A program made the translations under genes and the position numbers. Of a stretch of 64,000 nucleotides of DNA, positions 50,132 through 62,785 are shown one piece after another (within the stretch, counting starts at the first letter, position 1; each line of letters opens with the position of its first letter). Source of the DNA: Rhodosorus marinus CCMP1338. Lineage: Eukaryota; Plantae; Rhodophyta. The notes under the pieces are model-generated. The model worked only from the letters and a program-made list of their open reading frames with translations. It made no database searches and was not told where the DNA came from. The DNA lies in assembly GCA_029953675.1 (NCBI GenBank), contig JAMWBK010000009.1:1116001-1180000 (forward strand), given 5' to 3'.

Positions 50132-53100
50132 GCAATGCTCCGTACCCCAATACGCCGTCTAAAGAGCTTGATACAAACGAGCATGCGTCTACTAGGAGCC
50201 CACTACGCTGACGGACGTAAGGGCGTAGTGTACGTGCACCTGTGAATTAAAGATCGTCAGGCACCCTCGCCCGCATATGCACAAGTGACATATCCATTCA
50301 CTGGAGAAACGTTCAGAGAAGGGATGACAAAGTCGACCATGCCAAGAAAACTTTCATCCCTACAAGTTTTTGTCCGGCCATCCGGTCTGCCCGCTCCCCT
50401 CCCTGCTTGCTCAATTATCGTCGTGAATCAATTTTTTTTAGGATAATATTGGGGCAGACAACAAATAAGCCGTCGTAAGGATAAGTTTTTTTGTTTGCTA
50501 CTTCCGATTCGCAATGGTTTCTCACACCCCGTTCATTGCCATTTTTTTTTGCTTTTTATTCGCGATCCAAAATGATCGTGATCCACTAGCTGAAGGTTTT
50601 TTTGGTGATTAATTGATTATCAGTTTATTCAAAGCCTATGTACGCTGAAGAGCGGAGAGGGAGACGCGAGTCCAACAAACAAAGCAGCGTTCGAAACGCC
50701 CAGGAGACAAGTTCCTTGAGGAGGTTGTCAAGACCGCCTGCCTCTATGCGAAAAACCACTGAAGTTGACTTGCTTTTGGGTCCCAACCTCCAGAACAGCA
50801 CTAAGATAAAGTTCATAAACAAAGTCCGAAACAAACCAAGGGTCACCTCAGAAATTTGGCTGCCCGGACATTTTGGTTGTGCGGGGCAACCAAACTACCC
50901 TTTGTCCAAGAGGGAAAGGTGGACAATGGATCGTAAGGAGTCCAAAAGCGTGTAGCTCGCTCGAAACAGTTCGAACCAGCTCCCCTCAAAATCTCAATTC
51001 CGGTTGAATCAACACTGAATGAGAGTAGAGGTCGTCGGTAGACTCCCCCCGACCCCTTTCTCCACGCGGACCCGGACACATACAAAACGCTCATAAAGTG
51101 GTATCCACAGCCAATCTGTTCAAGGATTTGGCTATCATGAAAACACTGTGTTCTGAATTCAGACCAAAAAAAGTCGGAGAAAATCAGCTTCCGCAACACT
51201 TTTCGCGAAGAGGTGGATCATTTGTCCACACTACAGAATGGGACGATTTCAGTATCAGAAACTTGATGGGTAAGCAATGCCCCTTGTTGCTCGTGGGGAT
51301 GTAGTAAGAAATTTCATTTGAAGACAAGACAACGCGAGCCATTGACTTGAAAACTGAAGTTTTGTCTCCAATCCCTACAAAGCTTTTTTGCAATTGGACT
51401 GAAAACACGACCCTTTTCTGGACGTCAATCGATGCTCTTTTTCTCGAGAGCTAGAAATCTTCATCAGGTCTTGATTCATCAATTAGACACGTTCATAAGC
51501 AGACATCGGCTCTCCGAATTATTGATTGCACATAGCGGTTAGAAAGTGAGGGCGGGCCCGCCCGCCCCATAGCAACATGCATGCAAATCTTCTGGACGCT
51601 GATAGAGAAAAAAAAGCCCTTCCAGTTCAGCTTCTGGACGCTTTTCGCGCATGGGACCCTTTTTCATCCATGGTAACGTAGTTGTCGCGAATCACTAACA
51701 GTCGCCCTGCCTCTTTGTTCGCCCACGCTCCACTTCTTTCAACGTCACGACGTACCCATCAATTTCAAAACAAAAACAAAACAAACAAATAAGCAGCAGA
51801 TACCCCCCTTCCCTGCCCTTCTCTCCCTCCCCTTCAAAAAAATTAGATTTCAAAGTTCCTACACCGCAACAAAATTCATCAACAGAACATCCCCAGTAGC
51901 TAACTACGTCAACGCATTCATTGGATGATCTAGAATATGCAAAAAAACACACCAAAAACTTCTTCCGTCGTTTCCTTCTTTTTCCTCCGGCAATCAAAGA
52001 AAAAAAATGGAAGAAAACCGCAAAAGCTTCTCATAAGCTAACTCTATCCACGCGTCCATTGGATAAATTGCTCATCTAAATATCAATGATGGTCCCGTCT
52101 TCAGGTTAGATATTGTCCCACATATTTCAACCCCCCCACAAAATACCACTCCTCATTCTTCATGAACTAAAATGTTCTTAATTCAAATATTTTCAATCCA
52201 TATCGGTTCGAAATTATCCTCTACCCCTGCCCCGCCCTCCCCTCCCCCCCTCTCTCTTCTTTGTAGATGACTGTTATACCCAGACGATCTGTGACCTCTG
52301 CTTGAATGTGGTTGTTTGAAAAAAACAAACCGGATAAACAGAAAAAGCACCGTTTCTCTATGGGTTGCTCATAAATTGAATATTTTTGCACCATTTATAA
52401 ACGAATATTTTTAATGGACAGTTTGTCCTGTTTTAGAAATTGGTTTTTTTGTATTGAGCATGGGATTAAAAGTTTTTGAAATTTTGCTGGTAATTCTCTT
52501 TTGAAATCCATGAGAAAACATTTGGATGCTTTCTGGGGAACACATTTGTCGTGATTGGGTGCATTATTAGGGCGGGAGGGGGTTTGGTCGATTGTAGGAC
52601 TAAAAATGAGAAATATGGATATATTTAACCTCATTTTCTGGTGTTCTCGAAAAAGCATTAGTAGCTGGGGCCGGGTTTGGAGACGATCTTTTGAATTCGT
52701 ACAAAAAAACAACCCCAGACCTTATCAAAAACCGATCCGGAAAAGGGACCTAAATTGCTTCGACCAAACAAGAAAAGAGGGAGCGGCCCGATCACGGAAG
52801 AGGAAGCAATTTAATTATTTCATATATATATAAATGTGTGTACAAATATTTTCTTTATTCAATATTCGATGAAGAAAACAATTCCGCGTTTGACAAATTT
52901 CGTAGGGTGGGGGTTGGAAAAGAGCGAAAGGGGGAGGGCGATTGGCAGTGTTTGTGTTGCATCATAGGGGGGTTCGAGAGGTTGGAAAAATTAAACGGAT
53001 TCAGAAAGAAGTTTATTTGAAGAAAAAATAACCCCTCAATTCCCTCATATAAAAAACATGAACTCATTTCTTCCAGCACAAATTCAGAGAAGAGCGGGCG

Positions 53101-54089
53101 TTGAATCCTGCTACGCCCCCCACCCCCCCCGTTCTTTCCCATATCCTCCCCAATCCCTGCCTCCCGCTGTCCATAAATTTTATTCCGGAAAAGTGTGTCA
53201 TCCGCGCCGTTTCACTGTCTCCCGTGTTTGTTTTTTTGGTCCAGATATCGTTCCCCATCGTTCAATTCATATCATATAGAACGACATAAATATAAATATT
53301 TTCAATACAAATCCATAATAGCTAACTACATATCGTTTTTCAGATAACAAGGAGGTGGCTCGAACCAAGTCCTGGATTTTTGCCCTTGTTCTCCTTCATT
53401 TTTTCATGTTTTTAATTAGTTATCAGTACATCCCCCTTTTGTTTCTTTTTTACTGATAATTGTTTCCGTTCAAAAACTTAATTTTTGATGATATTCATAT
53501 AAAAATAATAAATTGAAAACAATTCTACTGTTTTCGTTTTGTCAGAAATTTTATTGCATAGATTTATTGATTGAGTTTTCATGTAGCGCAGAATTGATAG
53601 TGCCCGGAGGGGGGGGGGGCGGGAGGGTGGAGAGGAAGGGGTGGGTGGTAAAGGGGGCGCGTAGCGGGGGTGTGTGTGTGCAGTGAGTTTTGGGTAAGAA
53701 ATGTAATCTCGTCAATAAGGACTGTCTGGTTAAGTAGATTAGAATTGCGGAATTGGACTGCTGTTGACTGTTGGGGTTGCGGAGTGAGCGTAGCGTGAAG
53801 AGTGGCATCTAGGGCGGGGTGAAGGGTTTCGGGGATGGTGGCTTGGGTGAACGGGGTTTTTTGCGCGGGATGTGGGTGTGTGAGGATGGGTGTGTGGTTG
53901 TGTTAGTCTGAGGGTTTTAGACGTGTACGTGAGGAGGTTGTTCCTTTTTGTTTTGTTTCTTCTGCTGGTGTGTGGTGGTGAGAACCGGGTGGTTTGGTAC
54001 TGGGTTTTTGTGTGTTTGTGCCGGATTGGGCTGTGTTAGTGCTTTGCTGCGTGAGAGGGCTTATCGCTCCCTGTTTTGACCCGGGAAGG

Positions 54090-56245
54090 ATGGAGCGTCG
54101 AACGGGGAGATTGATGCTGTTGGTGGTGGTGATCGTAGGTGGGTGTGGTCTGATAAGAGTTGTGTTTGCGTTGGTGCTGTTAGACGACTGGTTTTGGTTG
54201 TTTTTGGGCTACGGTTACTGACGCAGCTCGCTTTTTGACTGGTTTCCCATTCGTAGCCTCAGGTTTATGTATTGCCACCCCGTTGGCAGGTGGTCCATAT
54301 CATAAAGTTCAACATGCCCGCGAAAGAAAACACGTGAGCGAAAACGTGAAAGAGGCGGTGCCTGCTAAAGAGGAAGCTGCAGTGGGAATCAAAATAGGTG
54401 CGTTCGAATGCCACAGGAAATGTGATAATGGCCTGCATGTGGTCCGTGCGACCATGACTCTCGCTGTCCGGGTTGCAACCTCGAGATCGATCATAGCTCT
54501 TATACTGTCGCGCGGCAACGCGCACGATGGAATACAGGGGAGAGAATTGATCTGCTCGGAACAGTCATCACTATGCTTTGTTGAGTCGTAGCATTTGAGG
54601 GAGTAATGACCTTTTCATCATCATGCTGACGCTGTGTTTATTTTGCTCCTTGCTTGCCTGCCTTTCCCCCACAATTCACAGGAACCCAACGAAAGCACTT
54701 ACCCTCCACGGAAAAGCCGTCGATGGGGGAGCCTGGAAAGGAAGCCCAGCTCAAATCTAAATCAACCAAGCCGTCGAAGGATACTGTTCTTCCTGTAAGC
54801 ATAAGAAAGGAGCAGCGCTCTCATGAAAGAGTTAAGCGGGCGAGCAAGAGCTCCGAAAACGAAGAAGAGGCCGCTCACGAGGCCGTGGGAGCTGAAAATG
54901 AAGAAAACGACGTAGAGCAGGCAGATCAAGGTGAAACTGAAGAGACGGTCCAAGGGGATGTCGAAGAGGTAGACCAAGGTGAATTACAGGAAGGAGCCGA
55001 GGAGGACGAGGCGGAGGCAGTTGATGAAGAAGAGGAAGCCGACTCCGAGGCCGCAGCGGATGCCGACGCTGGAGTGGGTGAGGAGGAAGAAGATGTTGAT
55101 GGCCAAGATGATCAAGATGATCAAGATGATCGAGTAGCATCGGCCGCGGAGGAAGAACCTGAGGAGGACAATCCTGACGAAGAAGAGGAGGAAGAAGCTG
55201 CCGAAAACGAGAACACAGATGCTGAAGAAGCCGAAGTAGTAGATGAGGAAGAACAAGCAGAGCCAGCCGAGGAAGAGGACGTAGAGGCAGTCGCGGAAGA
55301 GGAAGTAGACGCAGCCGAGGAAGAGCCCTACACTCCGGACATAGAGGAAGAAGACGACTATGATCCAATAGATGATGTGGAGGAGGACAATGAGCCCGGG
55401 TATCTGATAAAGGAGGACAACGACTATGCACAAGACTTGACTATCGAAACCAGCGGTAAGTGCCTGTCTAGTTAAGAAGACGAGGGCGCGTAACCACCAA
55501 CGAGCTGCTTCTAAAAGTTTGCCTGGTGTTTGATTCTTACTCCTCTAGCCCACAAACAAAGAATACCGACGTTGACACAGGTCGGGGTTCAATTGGAAAG
55601 CAACGAATTGGAGCTTCAAGGAAGAGGTTTCATCGGTCTACCGCAGCTTCAGTGCCAGTACCTTGACGGAGATAGGCGGTTTCTGATGACAATCGCTGCG
55701 AAGTTTTACACCAATCGATTGATTACATGCGGATTACCGAGCCGAGAGGCCTATCCGAGGTCGTTTGAATCCAGCTCGAAACTCTTTGTCCAGGTAAGCA
55801 CAACCATTCACGAAAGACGGCGTCAGTTCCCGGATTTTTGTAGCCTTTTAACTGAAGGATGCTGGCCGTGTGCCATGAACAGGTGGCAAATACCAAAGGT
55901 CATTTCTCGAATGTCATCAAGTTCGATCTCTCCCCTGCTAGAAGGAGATCCTTTGTTGGCAACCTGATAATGTTTGTCTTGCTATGCGGAGTGATGGTCG
56001 GTGTTCTCCTTGCTGTCGGCTTGGCGTATCAACGAAGGCAGAAGCGGTGGTATATTGAGAAGTCGTTCAAGTACGCCAATGAGTTTCCAGCACCTACGTC
56101 TGATGGTGTACCAATGATAAAGATCTCCAATGGACTACGCCACCGGGCCAACGGGTTGGACAGCCCCGTCCATGACAAAGATGTCGAGAACGGAATGCAG
56201 AGAGAGGATCTTCCTCCTCCCGAGACGATGGAGAAGACTGCATAG
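54090..56245 (+). CDS. Type-I membrane protein: signal peptide, long acidic E/D/A-rich tract, IPT/TIG-like domain, single TM, cytosolic tail
   Basis: MERRTGRLMLLVVVIV|ASGLCIA signal-like start, acidic ORF 54654-55475, RIPTLTQV...LELQGRGF...ITCGLP (IPT-like), and TM NLIMFVLLCGVMVGVLLAVGLAY followed by QRRQKR. Confidence 0.7.
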
Positions 56246-56695
56246 GCTTTTTTTTTTTATTGCGAGAGTAACCGTATCGCTTGCTTTTTTGCTTGTTAAC
56301 TTGTCATGTTCGCACTTTAAAGATCAACTTTCCTACCCTACGAGCAATTAGTGCAGTGACGTCCTAATCACTACACGAATAACTCTAGTGTGCACTCTGG
56401 ACGATTCGAACCACGCGATCTCCGCGGATGCGGTGTTCCCGATCAGAATGCCGACTAGATCTAGTTGGTAATCTTCACCAATTGCTCAAGAGGGCTGCAT
56501 GACGTCTAAGCGCACACGTGTAGTAGTGTAGCACACTATGCTCGCCATTAGTAGTTCGATGGAACGTCGGGTTTGCTAAATCGATTACTACCGGTCTCTC
56601 TCTGGAAGACTCCTTTTCACCTTCCTGCGGATGGATGCTGGTTCGTCATACCTCTACTCAAGAAGGTAGATCCGACTACGTCAAGAAGATTTGAA

Positions 56696-57183
56696 TCACG
56701 CACTGGAGCCACCGGGAAGTTCATCCAAGTACGTGGGTGCCTCTAGGCCGACTCGGTTCGCGTTAACCTTGATACGCTCTCTTTGGGATATTTCTACTCC
56801 GATGTTATTCTGCTTTAGCAACTCCTACAGTCCAAAGAAAGGGGTAGCACGAGGAGAGAGATATTAGTCCAGCACCTTCCTCGATCGGAGGAAACGGAGC
56901 TCGTCGGAAACCGCCCTCACCGGAAACGCCGGTCAAGGCCTACCTGGTGATCTCTTACGGCATTCAAAAGCACTTTGAATTCCTCATTTGCAGGATCCTC
57001 CGCTCCTCCTGAAGCGTGAAGGAACTCCTGCTCCCACTTCTGCCTACGGACTTCCTCGGACTCCTCAGCATCTGAATCAGAAACCACGGAGCCAGCAAAT
57101 CGGCTTTGAATCCGAGCCCCGCAACCTTTTACGTGCGCCAAAGACTTGCTCCAACATGGACCTCTAAGCACTCGAGCCAACAT
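56696..57183 (-). CDS. Small protein with mitochondrial presequence-like N-terminus, 2 exons, unknown function
   Basis: MLARVLRGPCWSKSLAHVKGCGARIQSRF (R-rich, no acidic residues). A GTAGGC...CTAAT...TAG intron joins RDHQ to ELLKQNN...GGSSA*. Confidence 0.6.
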
Positions 57184-58233
57184 ACTCCCGGCAGAGCTCC
57201 TCATAACAGAATCGAAGATATATCACACTCCAACGGGGCTTCCTACAACCTCACAACGGCAAGCAACCATTCACTTCCAAAGCAGTTCCAACCTCCGCTC
57301 TCCTCTCCGCCTTTCCAAAAAGTAAACTCAAAAAAAGATCTCTCTGTACGCGGGCAAAGGAACAAGCCTGGAAAGTGTCTCTTGCCTTGTAAACCGATTC
57401 CTCGAGAGGATCAATGACAGTCTTATCCCCAGCGACTGCTCTTTAGCTTCTCCGCCGCCTCCGGATCCTCTCGAATCCTGGAGATGCTTCTTAGGGAGTT
57501 TGATAGAAGAGTTCATACAGATGTTCAGCGACTGTGGCTGTCCTCAAGCAGCTTCAGTTCTGAGTGTTCAAAAAGCTCACAAACGAGTAGGACGAGAGTC
57601 CAAGCTACGGTTCAAAGCTGGATGGTCAGCGTCTACTACCACTGGTGCTTTTCGGCGATCGGTAGTCGGGAGCATGGTCAAGGACTTAGCCCGCGTTTGT
57701 ACATTTTTATCGTGCAACGTTTCGTACGACATCGGACATTCCCAACAGGCACAGCAAAGGGAGCTGAGGGATACACGAATTGCAATCGCGCTCACGCGAA
57801 TGGTGTGGTGACTGATCTCCTATCTAACTCACGTGACATCCGAGGTTGGGTATTGAGCTGATCTTCGGCTTGGTCTGCCTTTGGTTCTCTTTGAGCGTGT
57901 GCTTTACGTAAGACGTACGCTCCCCTCGAGCCCCATTTCAAAGTAAAGAAACGATGAACACCGATATGATACATGTTCTTGACAGAAGCTACAAGGCGAA
58001 GGGATTTCAAGCACACCACAGTAAACTTCCTGCGAACCCTTCGGTTGTGGCTTTCCCCATGGCGTTAAAGAGCTCGCTTCTCCTTAAAAATAATCACGAT
58101 GTACTCGCTAAACACGGTTCCTTCTCAAAGCAACTATGTGTTAAAAACATCTCACTCCGCCAGATGTACGTCATCGATTGAATGGCTCGAAACAGAGTTG
58201 TCTCCCTCGCGCCCTAGCCCTGGCCCTGACAGT

Positions 58234-60365
58234 CTAGCTCCTCCTACTGTTGAGCACATGAGACAGTTTCAGAAACCCTACGAAAAATCTGGTCATCTCG
58301 TTCAAGCCTCCGGGGCTGAGAGCCGCGTCGGCTGTTTTGAAATTCGTTCCGTACCCATTGAAGTTTTATGCATCTGTTCCACATCAGAAGTTGGATCCAT
58401 TGTCTTTCTCATCTGCTCATACCGCTTCATTAGCTGTTGCCTTCGTTCGCTAAACGTCGTTGGAAAAAAGTCCGGAAAGAATCGTTGGATAAAAGAGAAC
58501 ACCAGAACGTGGCCAATAGGTGTAAGGGGCAGCAGCAGAATAATAGAAAACGGGATGAACGTGATCAAATCCCTTCCTGTACGCCGTAAGGTTCGAACCT
58601 GACAGAGGCAGCGAATTCGTCCGAGCCAGTTCAGTTCCTACGTCACGATGCTTTGTTCTAGTTCCGGCAGCTTTGTCAACCGCTGTTCAGAATTTACCTC
58701 CCTGGGCGAAAGAATGAATCCGACCGCGGCCTTCCTAATGAGGCGAAAGGCATAAAGCACATCCCCGGTGAGCAACCGGAGGCCTCTGAAGAAAAATTCG
58801 GTGCCCTCCTTCATTTTTCCGACTCCATCGAACAAAGTGCGCTTCGCTTTCGGCCAGTCTAGGGTTGTCGTGTAGAAATCGTTCTCAAGACCCACCCTCG
58901 ACTTCATAAACGCTACATCACCGGCCAGCTCTCCGAGCTCATCATCGTCTATCAACAAGACTTGACTCTCGTCAACATAGACCTGACAGAGTAGAACCAA
59001 ATGTTAGCAAAGGGCCAGCCGGTGTAGCTGTCAAGCCGCGTACAAATACAAGGCGGTGGCCTGGGGCTAGCATCGCGTACCTTTAGGATGGACAAACGTT
59101 CATCCATTTGACCGAACTCACGTATCAGCAACTGCTGATCCATAAAATCTGAAGTTGTCTCCACCTCATTGCGGAGGTAGAGGTAGATTCTCTCCAGTTC
59201 AAGCTCAAGAACGGTCACTGCCAGCATCCTACGAACAGTGTTGACCTACGAAAAGCGAAAATCCATGAAGCAGAACCCTCAGACAGATACTCTTGCGGCA
59301 CTGCTACACGCGCAAACAAGCTACTTGGGAATTCATGATCGTACGTTATCGTCCATTTCTCGAAGTTCTCGCGCTTTGATGAGCTTTCCAAGTTGGTCCT
59401 CCTTCCTCAATCTCTTCTCTCGTTTCCTACTCGCATCATCCAGCTTCTTTTCTAACTGCTCGATCGTGGATCGCAGATCCCACATGACTGGAGATTCTTC
59501 AAATGCCTGTTGAAGCGAGGCTCCTTCCGGGGTAACTCCGTTGAGCCTTGCCCAGATCTCTGAGCTCTATGTGTTGGACCAAGTGTGAGCAAGTCACCTT
59601 TAGCGAAGCAGAACAAATTGCGTGACTAACTATTTCGAGCGCTCCTACCTTGGTAACAGTCACCCGAGCGGCGCTTGTAATTTCCGGGAAATCTATACTA
59701 CCATCCGCTCGGACAAACTGTCCAACTCGTTTCTCCAGGCCCTGTCCAACTCGAACCACTCGCTGACGAACTTCTTCACGTATTTCGTCCACCGCGAGTC
59801 TGGAGGAGGAGTCAGATTTCTCAGGGGCTGGCGTGTCAGTGAGCCTCTGTGAGATGGCAGAGAGAACTTCCTCCGACTGGTAGATCCTAGCTATCGTCCC
59901 CGATGCATCTACCGCATTTTCATGCTGAGTTTCAATCAGTCGAAGCTCCTTGAGACATCTCTGCAGTTTCTCCAAGACTTCTGAGAGCTCTTGCATGAAC
60001 TTGTCTCGGTTTTCTGAAAGCTCTTGTTTTCTTTCCTCAGAATCCTCGAAAAATTGCTCATACTCGACTGCCATCACCCCCTCGGCTTCCGCAACACACG
60101 ATTCCGCGTCTCGAACGATTACCCTGGAAGACAAAAAATCAACCCGCGCCTTGGATTCTGCGATGCGCTTCTCAAGGCCCTCCTGGGCTCTTTTCTCCGA
60201 AACAGCCTCCCCCATTTCCCCGGTCGATGCCACCTGAGCAAAAACCCAAACCCTCCTACCCCCTCCATTATACACCTGGCCTTTCCTTCTACTAGTCAAA
60301 GACTCTCTAACCTTCCCGTGAGACAGTCTCACCCCTCCAGGTACAACAAACCCCATGCTTTCCAT
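58234..60365 (-). CDS. LETM1-like domain protein with plastid transit-like N-terminus and coiled coils, multi-exon
   Basis: [23 protein letters not shown] and [42 protein letters not shown] match algal/plant LETM1-like proteins. Confidence 0.75.
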
Positions 60366-61157
60366 CTTGCTTCTTTACCCAAACCCAACCTGTCCAAATC
60401 ATCACCTACCGCTCCTCCCTCCTCCCCCCCAACCGAACTACTAACACCAAGCACCTCTCATTCACCAAAAAACTACTAGATCCCTAAAACAAAGGATTTA
60501 AAATTCCATATCCTTCCTCCTACCCTTCTCCCTCCCCCCTACCCTTCCTTCTCTCCATCCCCACCCCATCCGCCTCTTCCCTCCCTCCCCTCGTCACCTT
60601 AACCACCGCTGTAACCCCATAGGCGTTCCCCATCATGAAAAGTGAAAAATATCCCCCCGAAAATCGATCGAGAACCACGATTTTAAATTTCTAATCACGG
60701 TTGGGGTTTTTGAGTCATCTGGTCTGGCCAATGGAAACTGGCTGTTGTTACCTGAATAAGCACTAAATAAAATTAAAATGAGTCGTTTCGTTTTCATTTT
60801 GTTTTTTTTTTGGACGGGTGCGGAATGTGGTGGTTTGGGATGGTCGTGAAGGCATTCATGAAGACTTTTGGTGGGACGGAGGAGGTTAGGGGACTGGGGG
60901 AGTGGAGGGTATTCGTATTTAAAGGTTTGGAAAGAGGTTCACCTCCTCTCCCCCCCCCCTCGCCCCCGTCTGTTCGCCCCTTTGTTTTGGACTGCTCATA
61001 GGATTTATTGACTTCATAGATGACAGAAACCGGCTTGCAGTTGTTGCGCGGAAGAGCCCTTCTAGTCTCCTATAACGTCCTGGTAGCATCCGATCCTGAC
61101 GTCGCAACTGCGTTCAGAGCGCGCCGCTTCGGGGAATGAGAGGAGGATTATTTTAGA

Positions 61158-61928
61158 ATGTCTGGAAACTTTCTACTTTCTCTCCCAGCTGATGACTTGG
61201 TTTCGTTTCAGCATGAGGTCACGAATGCGCCTTCATCGAGATGGTCCACATATCTTAGCGTTCTCTTGGGAGGCGTATTTAGAAAGGCAAAACATCACAT
61301 CCTCCCCTTGCGGGTCAATGCTCCCTGGGTACTCATGGAGCCTATCACAAAATGCCCCGTCGCATGTGCCCTTGGCGAACGAACGGAGAATCCAACGCCA
61401 CACTGCGGAGCAAGCCAGCCATCCTCAGTCTGACAGGCCTTGTTGAGCCCTCCTAGTTTGTGACGTTGAGAGAACAGCACTCGAAAGCTTCCTATAGCAG
61501 CTGTAATGGCGTCCACTCCAAAGAGACCCCAACATGCAATGCTACAAGGACACAACTGTTCACTTTGAGAATATTCTGTAAAATTCCACATCGAACCCTC
61601 TCTGCTCAGTGATGTCGAGAAAAACAGAACGTGAAGCGGGTGGGCAGATCACTCTTTGCCGTCGCCATGGCCTCAAGGGAGACTCAATCGATGTAGTGTT
61701 ACGAAAAACCCGACGGTTACGGCCAGTCCTGCCAAGACTCAGTCCAAGATTGTTCAATGACCTACCCCCTCTATTGAACCAGATCTTCAAGTGAGGATGT
61801 TGAAAAGAGCTTTCAAGCGTAGGGGCAGGGATGGGAAGGTGAAGGACAATGCATCAAGCGATGGAGATAATTCTTCAATTGACCCGAACGGAACTAGTGA
61901 TGAAAGAGTATCCATTCGAGTTGCTTGA
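61158..61928 (+). CDS. Possible fragmented or multi-exon hypothetical gene
   Basis: Overlapping short ORFs and a protein-like C-terminus (RMLKRAFKRRGRDGKVKD...RVA*). No model could be resolved. Confidence 0.2.
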
Positions 61929-62038
61929 CTAGAATCCGAAATCTGGGGTGGCCAGTCTAGAATGAGCCATCGTATCTGACGGGATGCTGAATCTCATGTA
62001 CTCGGGTTGGCAGTAGGGAGGACACCGACTTCAACACG

Positions 62039-62674
62039 ATGGGAGCGAGAGATTTCGATGCGTATTTGCAGTTGGATTCAAGGTTTAACGGGACCATGCT
62101 GCACCAGAGTCTCGTGGGGGCAGGCCTGAATGTGGTGGTTGAGGAGAACCTTCCTTACGACGCTGCTACGAGGATGGATTTCTGTTTCATTCTTGGGAGG
62201 GAGCCAGATTTGGAATCTGTCATAAGCAACGCTGAGGAGGACGAAAATCCGGTTTTGGAACGGTTTGTAGGGACCATCTTGTATTGTAAGAGCAATGGAA
62301 AGAAGCTTGTGGCTCTCCTGGTGTGCGGATTGGAATCGAACGATTCAACAGCATTCGAAATTGTCCAGAGAGTGCTAGGGCGTGATTGTCGGACAATGCG
62401 AACGATTGACGAGTCGAACATGGCAAAGCTGATAGTTGGAATTGTTGCTGAGGAAGTTGGTAATGCAAATAGCTATGCAAAAGATCCCCCCAGCGCCGTG
62501 CCGGAAATGTGCAAGCAGCTCGTAGGTCTTAAACCAAAAGCCGTACTTGAGCTGGCGGAGGAGCAATCGCTGGCTGATCTGTCGTCTATGACAGCTGAGC
62601 AATTGCTCGAACTAAAAGCTCTTGGCAGAATATCTTCGAAAAAGCTGTTCGACTTCTTTGGTTCCGCGCTCTAG
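62039..62674 (+). CDS. FAAP24-like protein (inactive ERCC4-type domain + HhH2), intronless
   Basis: 211-aa ORF with an ERCC4-like alpha/beta pattern lacking ERKxxxD, and a C-terminal helix-hairpin-helix region (LADLSSMTAEQLLELKALGRISSKKLFDFF). Confidence 0.65.
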   Translation: MGARDFDAYLQLDSRFNGTMLHQSLVGAGLNVVVEENLPYDAATRMDFCFILGREPDLESVISNAEEDENPVLERFVGTILYCKSNGKKLVALLVCGLESNDSTAFEIVQRVLGRDCRTMRTIDESNMAKLIVGIVAEEVGNANSYAKDPPSAVPEMCKQLVGLKPKAVLELAEEQSLADLSSMTAEQLLELKALGRISSKKLFDFFGSAL

Positions 62675-62785
62675 GATTGTATGTATTCGTCTCCATTACC
62701 GGAGTAACAGGGTTTCCGTATCAGGCCATCAGAGATAAGATTTTCACAAAAAAAATATTGAGGAAGACTCTATGTTCATCTGTAC

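Noticed and set aside
54832-55433. Long minus-strand ORFs (199 aa and 149 aa)
   Set aside because: They are antisense shadows of the GAG/GAA-rich acidic exon.
56395-56420. tRNA T-arm-like GGTTCGAATC on the minus strand
   Set aside because: The flanks do not form a T-stem and there is no cloverleaf.
57330-58100. Gene between the mitochondrial-type and LETM1-like genes
   Set aside because: A long open frame exists but has no upstream ATG, splice support or known motif.
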